Positions 25,646 through 34,235 of a stretch of DNA of 64,000 nucleotides are shown here, in pieces (the stretch's first letter is position 1; every line of letters starts with the position of its first letter). Origin of the DNA: a virus (Duplodnaviria > Caudoviricetes). A model generated the notes under the pieces. It searched no databases. It saw only the letters and a program-made list of their open reading frames with translations, and was not told the DNA's origin. The DNA lies in IMG/VR virus record IMGVR_UViG_3300015607_004925, positions 32,001-96,000 of that record; one strand, 5' to 3'. The position numbers were made by a program, and so were the translations under genes.

Positions 25646-27391
25646 TCACCGGCTAGCCAGGGCCACAGCGCCCAGTGCTTCCGCCACCGCGTCCATGTTC
25701 GTCGTCGAGGACGTCTTGACGTGCGAGAAGTCGATGGTCGGATGCGGCGTGTTCGCGCACTCGATCAGGTGAACGATCGACGAGAGCGATGCGCTCTTCA
25801 TCGTCAGCTCCGTGATGTCCGGGATCTCATATCCCTCGTCGGTGCGCATGGTGTCGCCAGGCCGCTTGCCGAGCGCGCCGGCGCCGAGCGCGCCGGCGCC
25901 GAGCGCGAGCGGTAGCTTGAAGCGGCGCATCCACGGGTACGCGGTGAGCGCCTTGTAGCCGCCGAGGAGTAGTGCGCTGCCGCCGAGCACCTTGCCCATG
26001 TGTGCGCGCGTGACCGCGTCCTGTGCGTCGATGGCCGCGCCGCGCGTCGTCTGGTACGGGCCCACGTTGAGCACGTCCGTCGTCGGCGCCGCGTCGTCGC
26101 GCATGTCGATGCCCTCGGGCACGAGGCGCCGGTACAGGTACTCGCCCATGTACGCGCGCTTGACGAACGCGCCGTCGAAGAACGTCGTCGCGTCGCGCGC
26201 GATCTTCTCCGCTTCGAGCACACCACTGTCGAGCACCTCGTCGAGCAGCTCGGGGCTGTCGGCGAACAGCTCGAGCGCGCGGCGCGACGCCGCCGCGACC
26301 TTCGCGACGAGTTCGTGCGTCAGCGCGACGCGCGCGCCCGCGAGCTTGTTCACCGCGAGCGGGATGAACTCGGCGTCCTTGAGCACGATGCCGCGCGCCG
26401 CCGCCGCGGACAGCGCCTCGCCGAGCGGCCACGCTGCGAGCTTGTCGACGTCGACGTTGATCGAACTCGCGAGCTTGCCGCGTGCGTGGTCGCGGAACTT
26501 GACGATGAGCGACTTCTCGTCGGGCGAGAGCGTGCTCGACGCGATCGGTTCGGCGCGAATCACCTTGTCGATCTCGGACAGCTTCTGCGCGGCCGCGGCC
26601 TTCGCCGCGAGCGCCTCGGACTCCGCGCCGAGATCCGCCGACAGCCGAATCTCGGGGACGTCGGCGACCTTCTTCAGCGTGTAGCCGGTGCGATCCGCCG
26701 GACGGAACACGCGCGAGATGTCGAAGAAGTCGGGCGACGGGTTGTGGACGTAGTCCTTGAACCCGTTCGCGTCGATCTGGTTCATCGCGAACTTGACGTG
26801 GTCGCAGTAGTCCGCGCGCGTCGGCGCCTGGTTGCCGCAGCGCGCGCAGACGTCGTACTTGATCCGACAGCCCATGCTGACGGGCACGAACTCGCCGTCG
26901 TTGGCGCGCTTGACCCATTCGGGGTCCTTCGCATTGTCGACGGAGACGAGCAGCTCCACGCGGTGCATGCGCGGGTTCCAGAACGCACGCTTCACGACGC
27001 CCGACGCCTTCGCGGGATCGCGGTTTGCGTGGTGTTGGAACGTGTGCGCGGGATTCGTCTCGAACGACTGGTAGTGCTTCGTCAGCTCCTGACCGGGCTC
27101 GATGAACCACCGCCGGCCCGACGACGCGAACTTGCCGCGCGCCGGCACGGGGCGCTCGGGGAAGCCATCGCCGTTGCGGTTCGGTCCGTACGTCTCCTCG
27201 GCGCCCATCGCGTTGAGCAGGAGGATCGTCTTGCCCGGCTCGGGCATGACGCTCTTGATGTAGTCAAGTGCTTCGCTCGCGTGCTTCGTGATGCGGCTGG
27301 TGTCGACGCGGCCACCGCCCCAGATGAGCACGGGCTGCACGGTCGCCTCGCCCGTCGGGAAGTACTCGTCCAGCTCGATCAGCTTCCTCAT
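25646..27391 (-). CDS. Prohead maturation serine protease with long C-terminal extension
   Basis: FQHHAN (His), VSMGC (Ser) followed by CARC..C.H, FFDISRVFRPAD: assemblin/HK97-type protease motifs; start ATG 27391 (ATGA overlap) or 27400. Confidence 0.8.
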   Translation of the reverse strand: MRKLIELDEYFPTGEATVQPVLIWGGGRVDTSRITKHASEALDYIKSVMPEPGKTILLLNAMGAEETYGPNRNGDGFPERPVPARGKFASSGRRWFIEPGQELTKHYQSFETNPAHTFQHHANRDPAKASGVVKRAFWNPRMHRVELLVSVDNAKDPEWVKRANDGEFVPVSMGCRIKYDVCARCGNQAPTRADYCDHVKFAMNQIDANGFKDYVHNPSPDFFDISRVFRPADRTGYTLKKVADVPEIRLSADLGAESEALAAKAAAAQKLSEIDKVIRAEPIASSTLSPDEKSLIVKFRDHARGKLASSINVDVDKLAAWPLGEALSAAAARGIVLKDAEFIPLAVNKLAGARVALTHELVAKVAAASRRALELFADSPELLDEVLDSGVLEAEKIARDATTFFDGAFVKRAYMGEYLYRRLVPEGIDMRDDAAPTTDVLNVGPYQTTRGAAIDAQDAVTRAHMGKVLGGSALLLGGYKALTAYPWMRRFKLPLALGAGALGAGALGKRPGDTMRTDEGYEIPDITELTMKSASLSSIVHLIECANTPHPTIDFSHVKTSSTTNMDAVAEALGAVALASR

Positions 27392-27927
27392 GCGAGCCAT
27401 CCTCGCACGAGCCGCATCGAATCGCCGCGATGGACGACCAGCTGGACGAGCGCGGCGTGCTTGTGGCGTTCGTCGACGAGTTGCGCGACGCCGTCCTCGA
27501 GCAAGTCGTCAACCATGATCGCCGCGGCGATCTTCGTCGGGTCGTCGTTGCCGGCCGGCGCGGCCGCGGGGTGCGTGCCCCGGTTCGCCAAGAGCCCGCC
27601 GAGCGCCTGCATGCCGCCGACGCCGGCGGCGGTGAGCAGCGCCTGGTTGCGCGCGTCGCGCACGAGCGCCTCGCCCTGGTGACGCGCATCGCGCGCGAGC
27701 AGGTGGCCGACGCCGAGCGCGGGCAGGCCGAGGCCAACGCCCCAGCCCAGCCCCTTCTGCAGCGCGGAGAGCGCCGCCGGGTCGAGCGCAGCGCGCTTGA
27801 ACAGCCCGAACGCGGCGAAGTCAGCGAGCGCCTGGCGCTGACGTAGCTCGGCGGACGCCGGGCGCGCGCTCGCGACCTTCTCCGCGAAGAAGCGTGAGGT
27901 CTCGACGGCGCGGGCAACGTCGTTCAT
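27388..27927 (-). CDS. Glycine-zipper protein with KxA sites
   Basis: FKRAA...GLGWGVGLGLPALGVG. Confidence 0.65.
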   Translation of the reverse strand: MNDVARAVETSRFFAEKVASARPASAELRQRQALADFAAFGLFKRAALDPAALSALQKGLGWGVGLGLPALGVGHLLARDARHQGEALVRDARNQALLTAAGVGGMQALGGLLANRGTHPAAAPAGNDDPTKIAAAIMVDDLLEDGVAQLVDERHKHAALVQLVVHRGDSMRLVRGWLA

Positions 27928-27930
27928 GGC

Positions 27931-28380
27931 TCACGGCATCCCGCGCAGCGCGCCGGCGACTTCCTGGTTGAGCCCGCCCGGCAGTGCGCCGATGTCGCGG
28001 ATCGCGCCGCCCGCGCCGCCGAGCAGCGCGCCGATGCCCATCGACGGCAGCACGCTGCCCTGGTTCGGGTCGTTCGAGAGGAAGTGCGGGACCGCGGCGA
28101 TCGCAGCGCCACCGAGCGCCGGCATGACCGAGCGCTTGAGCAGTGCGGACAGTGCCGGGTTCTCGGCGATCTTCTCGCCGACGAGGGCGCCGTACGCCGA
28201 GATGCCGTCAGCGATCGCGCGCGCCTCCTTGCGCCGGAGCCACGCCTTCATGCCGACGAGGGCGACGGCCTCCTTGAGGCCCATCTCGGAGACGCCGGAC
28301 ATCGCGCCAGCGACCTTGTGGAGGCCTGCTGCGGCGACGGCGTGACGGACGGACGGCGGAACGAGATCGTCGAGGGTCAT
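27931..28380 (-). CDS. Glycine-zipper protein with KxA sites
   Basis: HKVAG, EKIAE; GIGALLGGAGG. Confidence 0.65.
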   Translation of the reverse strand: MTLDDLVPPSVRHAVAAAGLHKVAGAMSGVSEMGLKEAVALVGMKAWLRRKEARAIADGISAYGALVGEKIAENPALSALLKRSVMPALGGAAIAAVPHFLSNDPNQGSVLPSMGIGALLGGAGGAIRDIGALPGGLNQEVAGALRGMP

Positions 28381-29642
28381 TGGACACGGTCTCCGGGGTG
28401 GTGAGACATCAGTTCGTCGAGCACCGGGGCCACGCCACGCGGCACGGAGCGCTTGAGGGTGGACTCATTGGAGGGAAAATGTTCCATGGAAACGTAGGGC
28501 AGCCCGGCGGCGCCCGTTGCTACGTGGGGGTCCGGTCGGACGCCGCTGAACGTGGGAAAGCTCTCCGTTACCCCGTCGATGCGGCGCTTGTTGGGCGCGA
28601 CGGATGGCGTGGCACCTTGGAAGCGGCCGTCCGAAGCGTCAGGCGTATTCAGGTGTCCATGCAGCGCTCCGCCGAGCCCGCCGAGCGCGCCGCCAGTCAA
28701 CGCGCCGCGCAGCGCGCCGCCGCCGCGGTCGTCCTTGTCGGCCATCGCGCCCGAGATGCCGCCGACTGCGGCGCCGGCGAGCGCCGGCTTCGCCGCCGCC
28801 TGCAGCAACGCGTGCAGGTCGACTGCCTTCTTCTCGCCGGTCACCGCGCGCTCCGCGTCCGCGACGAGCTTGATCGACATGAAGTCTGGGCCCGAGCCCG
28901 ACGTGACGGCCTGGCGGAGGAACGACCGCACGGCGTTCTTGTCGGTCGAGAGGACCGGCGCGAAGCGCGACATCGTGTGGTAGGCCTCCATCAGCGTGGC
29001 GTCGTCGGCGCCGGCGAGCACCGGGTCGTTGCGCTTCAGATCGCCGATGATAGCATCGCGCGCGGCCTGGTCGCCGGCGTGACCCGCGGCCTCCATCGCC
29101 TTGTTCGCGATGTCGCGGAGTAGGCCGAAGCCCGCCTTGCCCGCCTCGCTCGAGAACGAGTCGAGCGCCTTGCGGCCGCCGAGCGAGAGCGCGTCCTGGC
29201 GCTGCCCGAACTCCTGGCCGAACATCTTGCGCTCGACGAGCTTGCTGAGGCCCGACGCGATGCCGCCGGCGGGAGCGCTGGCGATCTGGCCGAGCCCCTT
29301 GGACGCGAAATTCGCGGCCGCACCACCGGCATCCGCGACAGTCTTGCCCGTCGCCAGGTTCGCGCCCATGTTCTTGAGCGGACCGCCGACGTTCTTGCCC
29401 ATCGACTGCCACATCTGCGCGAGCGGCAACGCGAGCGGCAGCGGCAACGCCGCCATCTTGTACGGCGGCGTCGGATCGTGGTTCAGCTGCTGTTCGGTCG
29501 CGTGCGCCCGCTGCACTGCCTTGTGGACGATGCCGGGGATCATCGCCCCGACCGCGAGCGGCAGCATGACGCCGGCGCGCTTCTCGAGGTGGCGACGCAC
29601 GCCCTCACGGGCGGCGAGTTCGAGGACTTCGCTCAGCTGCAC
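28377..29642 (-). CDS. Multi-segment protein with glycine zippers and KxA sites
   Basis: EKRA-GVMLPL, YKMA-ALPL, EKKA-VDL..GAAVGG; central helical domain. Confidence 0.7.
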   Translation of the reverse strand: MQLSEVLELAAREGVRRHLEKRAGVMLPLAVGAMIPGIVHKAVQRAHATEQQLNHDPTPPYKMAALPLPLALPLAQMWQSMGKNVGGPLKNMGANLATGKTVADAGGAAANFASKGLGQIASAPAGGIASGLSKLVERKMFGQEFGQRQDALSLGGRKALDSFSSEAGKAGFGLLRDIANKAMEAAGHAGDQAARDAIIGDLKRNDPVLAGADDATLMEAYHTMSRFAPVLSTDKNAVRSFLRQAVTSGSGPDFMSIKLVADAERAVTGEKKAVDLHALLQAAAKPALAGAAVGGISGAMADKDDRGGGALRGALTGGALGGLGGALHGHLNTPDASDGRFQGATPSVAPNKRRIDGVTESFPTFSGVRPDPHVATGAAGLPYVSMEHFPSNESTLKRSVPRGVAPVLDELMSHHPGDRVQ

Positions 29643-30559
29643 TGGCCCCTCACGTGTTCGATGCCCTGCTTGATGCGCGACGCTTCCGCCGCGATCTTCA
29701 CGAGCGTGGCGAACGTCCGGTTCGCTTCGGTGTCGTCGACGAGGTGGCGGTCCGCCAGCGCGGCCGTCTTGATGGTGGCTTCGTCGGGCGACGTGACGGG
29801 CCAGCCACGCGCCTCTTGCACCATCGCCAGGACGACACGGCCCGCGGAGCTGTCATGTAGCGCGAGCGCGTCCTTCTCGAACACGGCGGGGGTCGGTGCG
29901 CCGTGTGCGCGGCGGAGCTGGGTCTGGAGTGCGCTGAACGCGTCGTCGAACGCCAGCTCGGCCTGCTTGAGTTGGTCCTCGAGGACGTCTGCGAGCTTGC
30001 GCAGGCGGCGACCACGGAACGCGGCTTCCTTGGCCTCGTCCTTCTTCGCGGCTGACGGCGGCGCCTTCTTCGGCTTCTTGTCCGCGTCGTCCTTGGCCTT
30101 CTGTTTTTGGCCCTTGGGGAACGGGCCATCGTTGTCGTCGTCGATCGGAGCGTCGTCCTCGTCGCCGTCGCGGAGGTCCTGGGCCGCCGGCGGCGCGCCG
30201 TGCGCGCCCATCTCGTCGGGCAGCGACATCTCGTCGCCGTCGGGCTCCGCGTGCGGCAGCGCGCCGTCGTCAGGGTGCGCGCCGCCCATCTGGCCCATGA
30301 GCAGCTGCAGGATCTGGCGCGCGTCGATCGGGTCGAACTCGCTCGTCATGTCCGGCGTGCCCTGCGCCTTCTGCTGCTCCATGAGCCGCAGGAACGCCAT
30401 CGTGTTCGCGGAGTGCGCGAGCCGATCGATCTGGTCGGGGTTGAGCTGGCTCTGCTGCGCCTCGGCCGCCGCGACGTCGGCGAGCTTCTCGCCGCGCATG
30501 AAGCGGTCGACCACGCGCGTGGCCATCTTCTCGAAGTCCTGTTCTTGGTACGCGCGCAT
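29633..30559 (-). CDS. Hypothetical head-assembly protein
   Basis: 308 aa; LNPDQIDRLAHSAN; acidic linker; KxA-rich. Confidence 0.7.
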   Translation of the reverse strand: MRAYQEQDFEKMATRVVDRFMRGEKLADVAAAEAQQSQLNPDQIDRLAHSANTMAFLRLMEQQKAQGTPDMTSEFDPIDARQILQLLMGQMGGAHPDDGALPHAEPDGDEMSLPDEMGAHGAPPAAQDLRDGDEDDAPIDDDNDGPFPKGQKQKAKDDADKKPKKAPPSAAKKDEAKEAAFRGRRLRKLADVLEDQLKQAELAFDDAFSALQTQLRRAHGAPTPAVFEKDALALHDSSAGRVVLAMVQEARGWPVTSPDEATIKTAALADRHLVDDTEANRTFATLVKIAAEASRIKQGIEHVRGQCS

Positions 30560-31218
30560 CAGTGAAGGATCTCCCCGCCGAGCTGGACGTCGTCAACACT
30601 GACGGTCATCTCCCGGCTCTTCAGCTTGAACATGATGTCCGTGACATTCGCCGGACGCGTCTTCGTCAGCAACTGGGAGTTCTCGACGGCGGACTTGAGC
30701 AGCGAGTGCGCCGCCGCGGCGTCGACGCTGCCGAGCTTGGCGTGCCGGAGTGCCTGGCCGCGGAAGAAGGTCTCACGCATCGACGCCTCGACGACGTGGC
30801 CCGGGTCAAGCTTGACCATGGCGCCCATCACGTGCGCGACGGCCTCGACGCCGTAGAGCACGGCCTTTTGCAGATACGCGAGGCCTTCGGGCGTGCCCTG
30901 GTAGCGGTGTACCCACAGCTGCTTGTCGAACATGTCACGGAACACGGACACGTCGAAGAACAGGTGTCGGTATGCACGCGTCACCTCGGTCGGCAGCCCT
31001 GTGCGCTCGTAGATGTCGCGATCTTCGGCGCCCGCGATGAGCCACGGCTGAAGACGTTCGCGCTCGAACTCCTCGTCGTAGATCTCTTTCGCGCGGTCGA
31101 TGACCGGTGACACCTCAAGCTGACGCACGTGCCGCCAGCACGCCGCCTCGATCGGTTGCGGCGGTTCGGCGGCCGCGGCCTTGACCGCGATCCAGCGATG
31201 ATCCGGCCTACAACGCAC
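30559..31218 (-). CDS. Hypothetical protein
   Basis: Start moved to GTG 31218 (MRCRPDHRW) with AAGGAG upstream; AYRHLFFDVSVF. Confidence 0.7.
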   Translation of the reverse strand: MRCRPDHRWIAVKAAAAEPPQPIEAACWRHVRQLEVSPVIDRAKEIYDEEFERERLQPWLIAGAEDRDIYERTGLPTEVTRAYRHLFFDVSVFRDMFDKQLWVHRYQGTPEGLAYLQKAVLYGVEAVAHVMGAMVKLDPGHVVEASMRETFFRGQALRHAKLGSVDAAAAHSLLKSAVENSQLLTKTRPANVTDIMFKLKSREMTVSVDDVQLGGEILH

Positions 31219-34048
31219 TGGCGTCGGGCTCCTTGACGGCCTGCACACCGCGGGACAAGCGGAGCACGAGGTCTCCCAATCCCTTGAACGTCGACTGCAG
31301 GTTCTCATCCAGATCGGCGAACGTCTGCTCGCCGATCTGCGGCTTCAGGTCGCCTTCCTGCATCCATAGAGTGAGGCGCACGCGCGCGAGATTGTCGACC
31401 GTCTTCTCGAGGTTCGGCAGGTACTGGGCGACGATGCCGTGCAGCGCTGGCGACTGCGCGAGCGTCGCGACCGCTGCGGCGTCGAACATGTCGGCCGAGT
31501 GGAGCGCGGCGGCCTGGTCGAGGAAGGCCGGATTGACCTCCTGTGGCAGGGCCATCGCGTTCGGGCCGTCGGGCGACATCATCGCGTGCGGCTGCTGCGG
31601 CTGGCCGCCCATCATGGACGGGTCCATGCCGGGCGCGCCGCCGCCGGGCGGCATGCCACCCATCATCGACGGGTCCATGCCGCCGCCGGCGCCGCCCATC
31701 ATCGACGGATCACCCATCGACGGGTCCATGCCGCCGCCGGCGTCGCCCATCATCGACGGGTCGTTGGCCGCCGGCGGGAACGGGCCGGGCGAGCCCATGC
31801 CGGGTGGGATGCTCGGGTCCATGCCGGGCTGCGGGCCCGTCGGCGACGGCCCCATCGTCGGCGCACCGCCGGTCGCGAGATTCATCGACGGCGGGGGAGC
31901 GCCCATCGCCTGCGACTGCACCATCGGCGCGACGGGCGCGCCGCCGCCGATCTCGTGCGAGCGCGCGAGCAGCTGTTGGATGGTCTGCTGGCGCTCGACG
32001 AGCTTCTGCATCTCGTGCTGGATTGCCTGGTCCATCTCCATCGCGGCCAGGTCGAGCGGCGCGGGCGAGGGCGGCGCCGGCGGCGGGGCCATCGCGGCCA
32101 TCGCGGCCTGCTCGCCCATCGACGGATCCATGCTCGGGTCGCCGCCGGCGTCCGGCGCGCCGCCGCCACTCGGCGGCGACTTCTTCTTCTTCGGCTTGTC
32201 GCTGGAGTCGTCGTCGGCCGCGAGCTTGTCGAGCGTCACCTGGACGCGCGCGAGCTGTGCCGGCGACGCGATCCACGCCGACGCGTGCTTGTCGGCGGCA
32301 GCCTTGGTCAGCAGCGCGTCGGCCTCGTCGACGGAGATGCCGTACTCGTGCGCGAGCTTCTTCAGCGCCGCGATGCGTGGCATCGGCAGCGAGCGGTCGA
32401 CCGAGAACTGACGCGCGCCAGCGTCCTTGATCGCGACCTTCTTCGCACCGACCGCCGAAAGCATCGACGACATGCACGCCTGGAGGTCGAGCGCGGACTG
32501 GAAGAAGCTCTTGGCGTTCTTGCGCTCGCCGAGCGGGATCCAGATGAAGTCGGGCGGCATGTACACGACGTCGGCGCCCTTCGGCATCCAGATGGTGCCG
32601 TACGCGTGCGTCGGGTCGGTCGCGATCGTCTTCTCCTGGTAGGAGAGGGCGTTGGTCACCTTGAGACGGCGCACGCCGTCAGCGCCCGTCGAGATCGACT
32701 CGATCTCGAGTGGGACGGTGGCTTGGAACGTCGTGCCCTTCTGGCGGACGAAGAAGCCCTTGCCCACACGTGGTGCGCCGTCGACCTTGTCGAACATGCG
32801 CTCGTGGAGCTTGCCCGCGATGCCGTCGGCGACGAGGTCGCGGCCGACCAGGCGGTTCGGTTCGATGTAGCTGCCGTCGCTGAACACCGCGAGGTACGGC
32901 TTGGCGTCGAAACCGCGGCGCGAGACGTAGTCCGTCTCGTCCGGGCGGCCCATCGGGTAGACCTTGTTCGCCGAGCCGTGCAGCGTCGGGTCGTAGTATG
33001 AGTTGTTGATGAGCGGGTTGTGCCCCGGCACGAGCGGGCGCCGGCCGTAGCGCGTGCCCTCGTCGAAGATGTCGATCGGGTTCGGCATCACGAACGCCGG
33101 CTTCTCCGCGCCGTCCGATGCGTAGAGGCAGTAGATGCCCGGCTGCTTCGGCTCGGTCCAGCGTTCGTACGGCTGCTCCTGCACCGCCATGTTGCGGTTC
33201 AGGCGCTCGTCGCGCGCGGCGAAGCCCTTCTTGCGGACGCCGGCGTACGCCTCCGCAGCGCGGTCGCCGAAGATGCGCTTGAAGTCGGTCGGCGTGTTGT
33301 CGGCATCGGCGATCCACAGCGCGCCGCCATGGAGCTGCTTCGCCGCGACCTTCTCGAGTCGCGGCGCGAGCGCGCGCTGCAGCGCGGTGACGCCGTAGAC
33401 CTCGGCCGCCTGCTTGAGCGTGCGCGGGTGCTTCTTGAGGAACGCCGCGAACGCGGTCTTGATGCCGTTCGGTGCACGGTCGAGCACGTCGATCAGCAGC
33501 GTCGCATCTTCTGACGCCGCCTTGGTGGTGGCGTCGAGGTTCTCGCGCGCACATACGCGCGCGACGTCGACGAGTGCCTTGGGCACCCATGCCGCGTACG
33601 AGAAGCGGCCGGTGATCGGCGGCACGACGACGTTGCGGATGTCGACGTCGGTGTAGAGCGTCTCGGGCGTCTTGACGCCGGTGCCGAGGGACGACAGCGC
33701 CGACTTCTCGATCTCGTCGAGCCAGCCCTTGGTGAGCGGCAGGAAGATGTTGAGCTTCTTGTGATAGAAGATCTCGAGCGGCTTGATCGCGTTGTCGGAC
33801 ATCACGACCGGGATGTAGATCGGCTGCTCGCCGCGCAGCACGACGAAGGCACCGACGCCGGAGCCCTTGTCGAGATCGACGTTCAGGATCTTGAACGTGA
33901 CGACGTCAGCGAGGACGTCGGGCATGCGCGACGACAGCAGCGCGTACGCCATGTCGGAGAATCCCTGCTCGAAGAGCGCGGTCTCCTGATCCGGCCCGGC
34001 CTCCATGCCGGCCTGCATCTGCTGGGTACGTGGAGAGAGTGCCGGCAT
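31208..34048 (-). CDS. Large hypothetical head/core protein with Met-Gly-Pro low-complexity region
   Basis: 946 aa; globular N-terminus, KxA sites, MDPSM(M)G repeats. Confidence 0.75.
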   Translation of the reverse strand: MPALSPRTQQMQAGMEAGPDQETALFEQGFSDMAYALLSSRMPDVLADVVTFKILNVDLDKGSGVGAFVVLRGEQPIYIPVVMSDNAIKPLEIFYHKKLNIFLPLTKGWLDEIEKSALSSLGTGVKTPETLYTDVDIRNVVVPPITGRFSYAAWVPKALVDVARVCARENLDATTKAASEDATLLIDVLDRAPNGIKTAFAAFLKKHPRTLKQAAEVYGVTALQRALAPRLEKVAAKQLHGGALWIADADNTPTDFKRIFGDRAAEAYAGVRKKGFAARDERLNRNMAVQEQPYERWTEPKQPGIYCLYASDGAEKPAFVMPNPIDIFDEGTRYGRRPLVPGHNPLINNSYYDPTLHGSANKVYPMGRPDETDYVSRRGFDAKPYLAVFSDGSYIEPNRLVGRDLVADGIAGKLHERMFDKVDGAPRVGKGFFVRQKGTTFQATVPLEIESISTGADGVRRLKVTNALSYQEKTIATDPTHAYGTIWMPKGADVVYMPPDFIWIPLGERKNAKSFFQSALDLQACMSSMLSAVGAKKVAIKDAGARQFSVDRSLPMPRIAALKKLAHEYGISVDEADALLTKAAADKHASAWIASPAQLARVQVTLDKLAADDDSSDKPKKKKSPPSGGGAPDAGGDPSMDPSMGEQAAMAAMAPPPAPPSPAPLDLAAMEMDQAIQHEMQKLVERQQTIQQLLARSHEIGGGAPVAPMVQSQAMGAPPPSMNLATGGAPTMGPSPTGPQPGMDPSIPPGMGSPGPFPPAANDPSMMGDAGGGMDPSMGDPSMMGGAGGGMDPSMMGGMPPGGGAPGMDPSMMGGQPQQPHAMMSPDGPNAMALPQEVNPAFLDQAAALHSADMFDAAAVATLAQSPALHGIVAQYLPNLEKTVDNLARVRLTLWMQEGDLKPQIGEQTFADLDENLQSTFKGLGDLVLRLSRGVQAVKEPDASAL

Positions 34049-34061
34049 CTGTGGGTCCTGT

Positions 34062-34235
34062 TCAGCTGGTCGTCGGGAAGGAGACGACCTTGGGGATGTT
34101 CGCGGCAGGTGACGCGCCGCCCAGCTCCCGCGTCTTCTTCGCCTTCAAGACGCTGAGGTTGGGGTTGAGGATCTCGGCGAGCTTCTCCTCGATCGCTTCG
34201 CGGCCCGCCAGGCGAATGTGGCGGGGAAGGCTCAC
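34062..34235 (-). CDS. Small hypothetical protein (57 aa)
   Basis: GTG 34235 overlapping upstream stop: MSLPRHIRLAGREAIEEKLAE... Confidence 0.55.
   Translation of the reverse strand: MSLPRHIRLAGREAIEEKLAEILNPNLSVLKAKKTRELGGASPAANIPKVVSFPTTS

Noticed and set aside
25625-25665. U-rich tract after the protease gene as intrinsic terminator
   Set aside because: No convincing stem upstream; may be an AT-rich element of the next promoter
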